A program made the position numbers and the translations under genes. Shown here one piece after another: positions 63,390 to 64,000 of a stretch of DNA of 64,000 bases; position 1 is the stretch's first letter, and each line of letters begins with the position of its first letter. The stretch lies in IMG/VR virus record IMGVR_UViG_3300013121_000039, positions 1-64,000 of that record; one strand, written 5' to 3'. This stretch comes from a virus. Lineage: Duplodnaviria; Caudoviricetes. The notes beneath the pieces are model-generated. The model saw only the letters and a program-made list of their open reading frames with translations, did no database searches and was not told the origin of the DNA.

Positions 63390-64000
63390 GTGCCGATGAC
63401 GCCCCCCTGCTTCGGCAAGGACTACGACAACGATTCACTACGGTGCGCTGGCTGCGGGTTCAACCACGCATGCCGACAAGAGGTCATAAGGATGAGCTTC
63501 GCGCAGTCGTTTCAACCTCCTCCCAGCGCGGTTCAGTCACCGTCCCCACCCCCGTTTTACCCCTCTGCCCCTTCCATGCCGTTCCAGCCGGCTCCTCCGC
63601 CTCCGCCGTTCGCGCAGACGCAGGCTCCGCCGCAGTTCCGGCCGCAGCCCTGGTCGCCTCCCGTCCAGCAGCCACAGCAGTTCAGGGTCCCGGTGATGCC
63701 GGCCCCGACGGCCATGCCGCCCATGCTGACGACGCAGGCTCCTCCGATGCAGCAGATGCCGATGATGTCCGGGTACCCGTCGCACTTCCAAGTGCCGCCG
63801 GGGCTCATGCAGTCCAGCTTCGGCTACTATGGCTACGCGCCGGACCAGATGTGGTCCGCGCTGGCCGCCGTCCCACCGATGTGGAGGCCGCAGCAGCCGG
63901 GCGAGACGTTCGCTCGGAGGTGGGCGGTGAACACCGGACTGAACACCATCGAGGTGCTGCTCCAGCAAGCCCTGCTCGGCGTGCGGCAGATCTTCATGCC
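63390..64000 (+). CDS. Cys4 N-terminal domain plus Pro/Gln-rich protein (runs off window end; not in ORF track)
   Basis: AAGGAG RBS, GTG 63390: MPMTPPCFGKDYDNDSLRCAGCGFNHAC... followed by a P/Q/M-rich region, open to 64000. Confidence 0.75.
   Translation, partial: MPMTPPCFGKDYDNDSLRCAGCGFNHACRQEVIRMSFAQSFQPPPSAVQSPSPPPFYPSAPSMPFQPAPPPPPFAQTQAPPQFRPQPWSPPVQQPQQFRVPVMPAPTAMPPMLTTQAPPMQQMPMMSGYPSHFQVPPGLMQSSFGYYGYAPDQMWSALAAVPPMWRPQQPGETFARRWAVNTGLNTIEVLLQQALLGVRQIFM

Larger units (their letters stand above)
1..64000. mobile_element. Segment of a large contractile-tailed bacteriophage genome (structural region plus phage RNA polymerase)
   Basis: Portal, terminase, prohead protease, capsid, sheath, tube, spike and fibre genes in tightly coupled minus-strand operons. 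No bacterial housekeeping context, no integrase, no att site. Confidence 0.95.

Noticed and set aside
55906-63490. Extra ATAAG occurrences at 55910 and 63486
   Set aside because: Both are inside coding frames (D-K and I-R codons), so they cannot be supported as promoters. 55910 cannot be fully excluded.
1-64000. Stop-codon reassignment, inteins or introns in RNAP/terminase
   Set aside because: Core genes are intact in the standard code, all three stop codons are used at coupled gene ends, and no intein or homing-endonuclease motifs were seen.

Overview
This GC-rich window (roughly two-thirds G+C by eye) is a segment of a large contractile-tailed (myovirus-type, probably jumbo) bacteriophage genome. 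It is not a bacterial chromosome. The minus strand carries the virion programme: portal, GpA-type terminase, HK97-type prohead protease, scaffolds, major capsid protein, neck proteins, tail sheath, tail tube, baseplate spike, and tail fibre/LamG proteins. It also carries a 2093-aa single-chain beta-beta' fused RNA polymerase. Short plus-strand islands encode small, probably early proteins: Zn-finger proteins, an acidic peptide, RNase HII, a cold-shock protein, and HTH/RHH proteins. Three patterns stand out. (1) About 15 otherwise unrelated head-region proteins share a short tag, [S/G/A]-F-x-D-E-L-x-K-I-A, and head proteins are strongly enriched in K-x-A. This suggests a capsid-targeting and protease-release system that packages basic glycine-zipper and enzymatic cargo (J-domain, permuted NlpC/P60, DUF5661-like). 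(2) There is an apparent two-polymerase transcription code. Plus-strand islands start at (G/A)AAAG-N~18-ATAAG motifs and end at hairpin+TTCTTAGC, while minus-strand structural operons, including the RNAP gene, start at TT(C/G)CCA-N17/18-TAnnnT sigma70-like promoters. (3) The fused RNAP is compact, lacks the beta' zinc-binding domain and has a remodelled rifampicin pocket. Product calls come from motif recognition by eye; no database searches were run.
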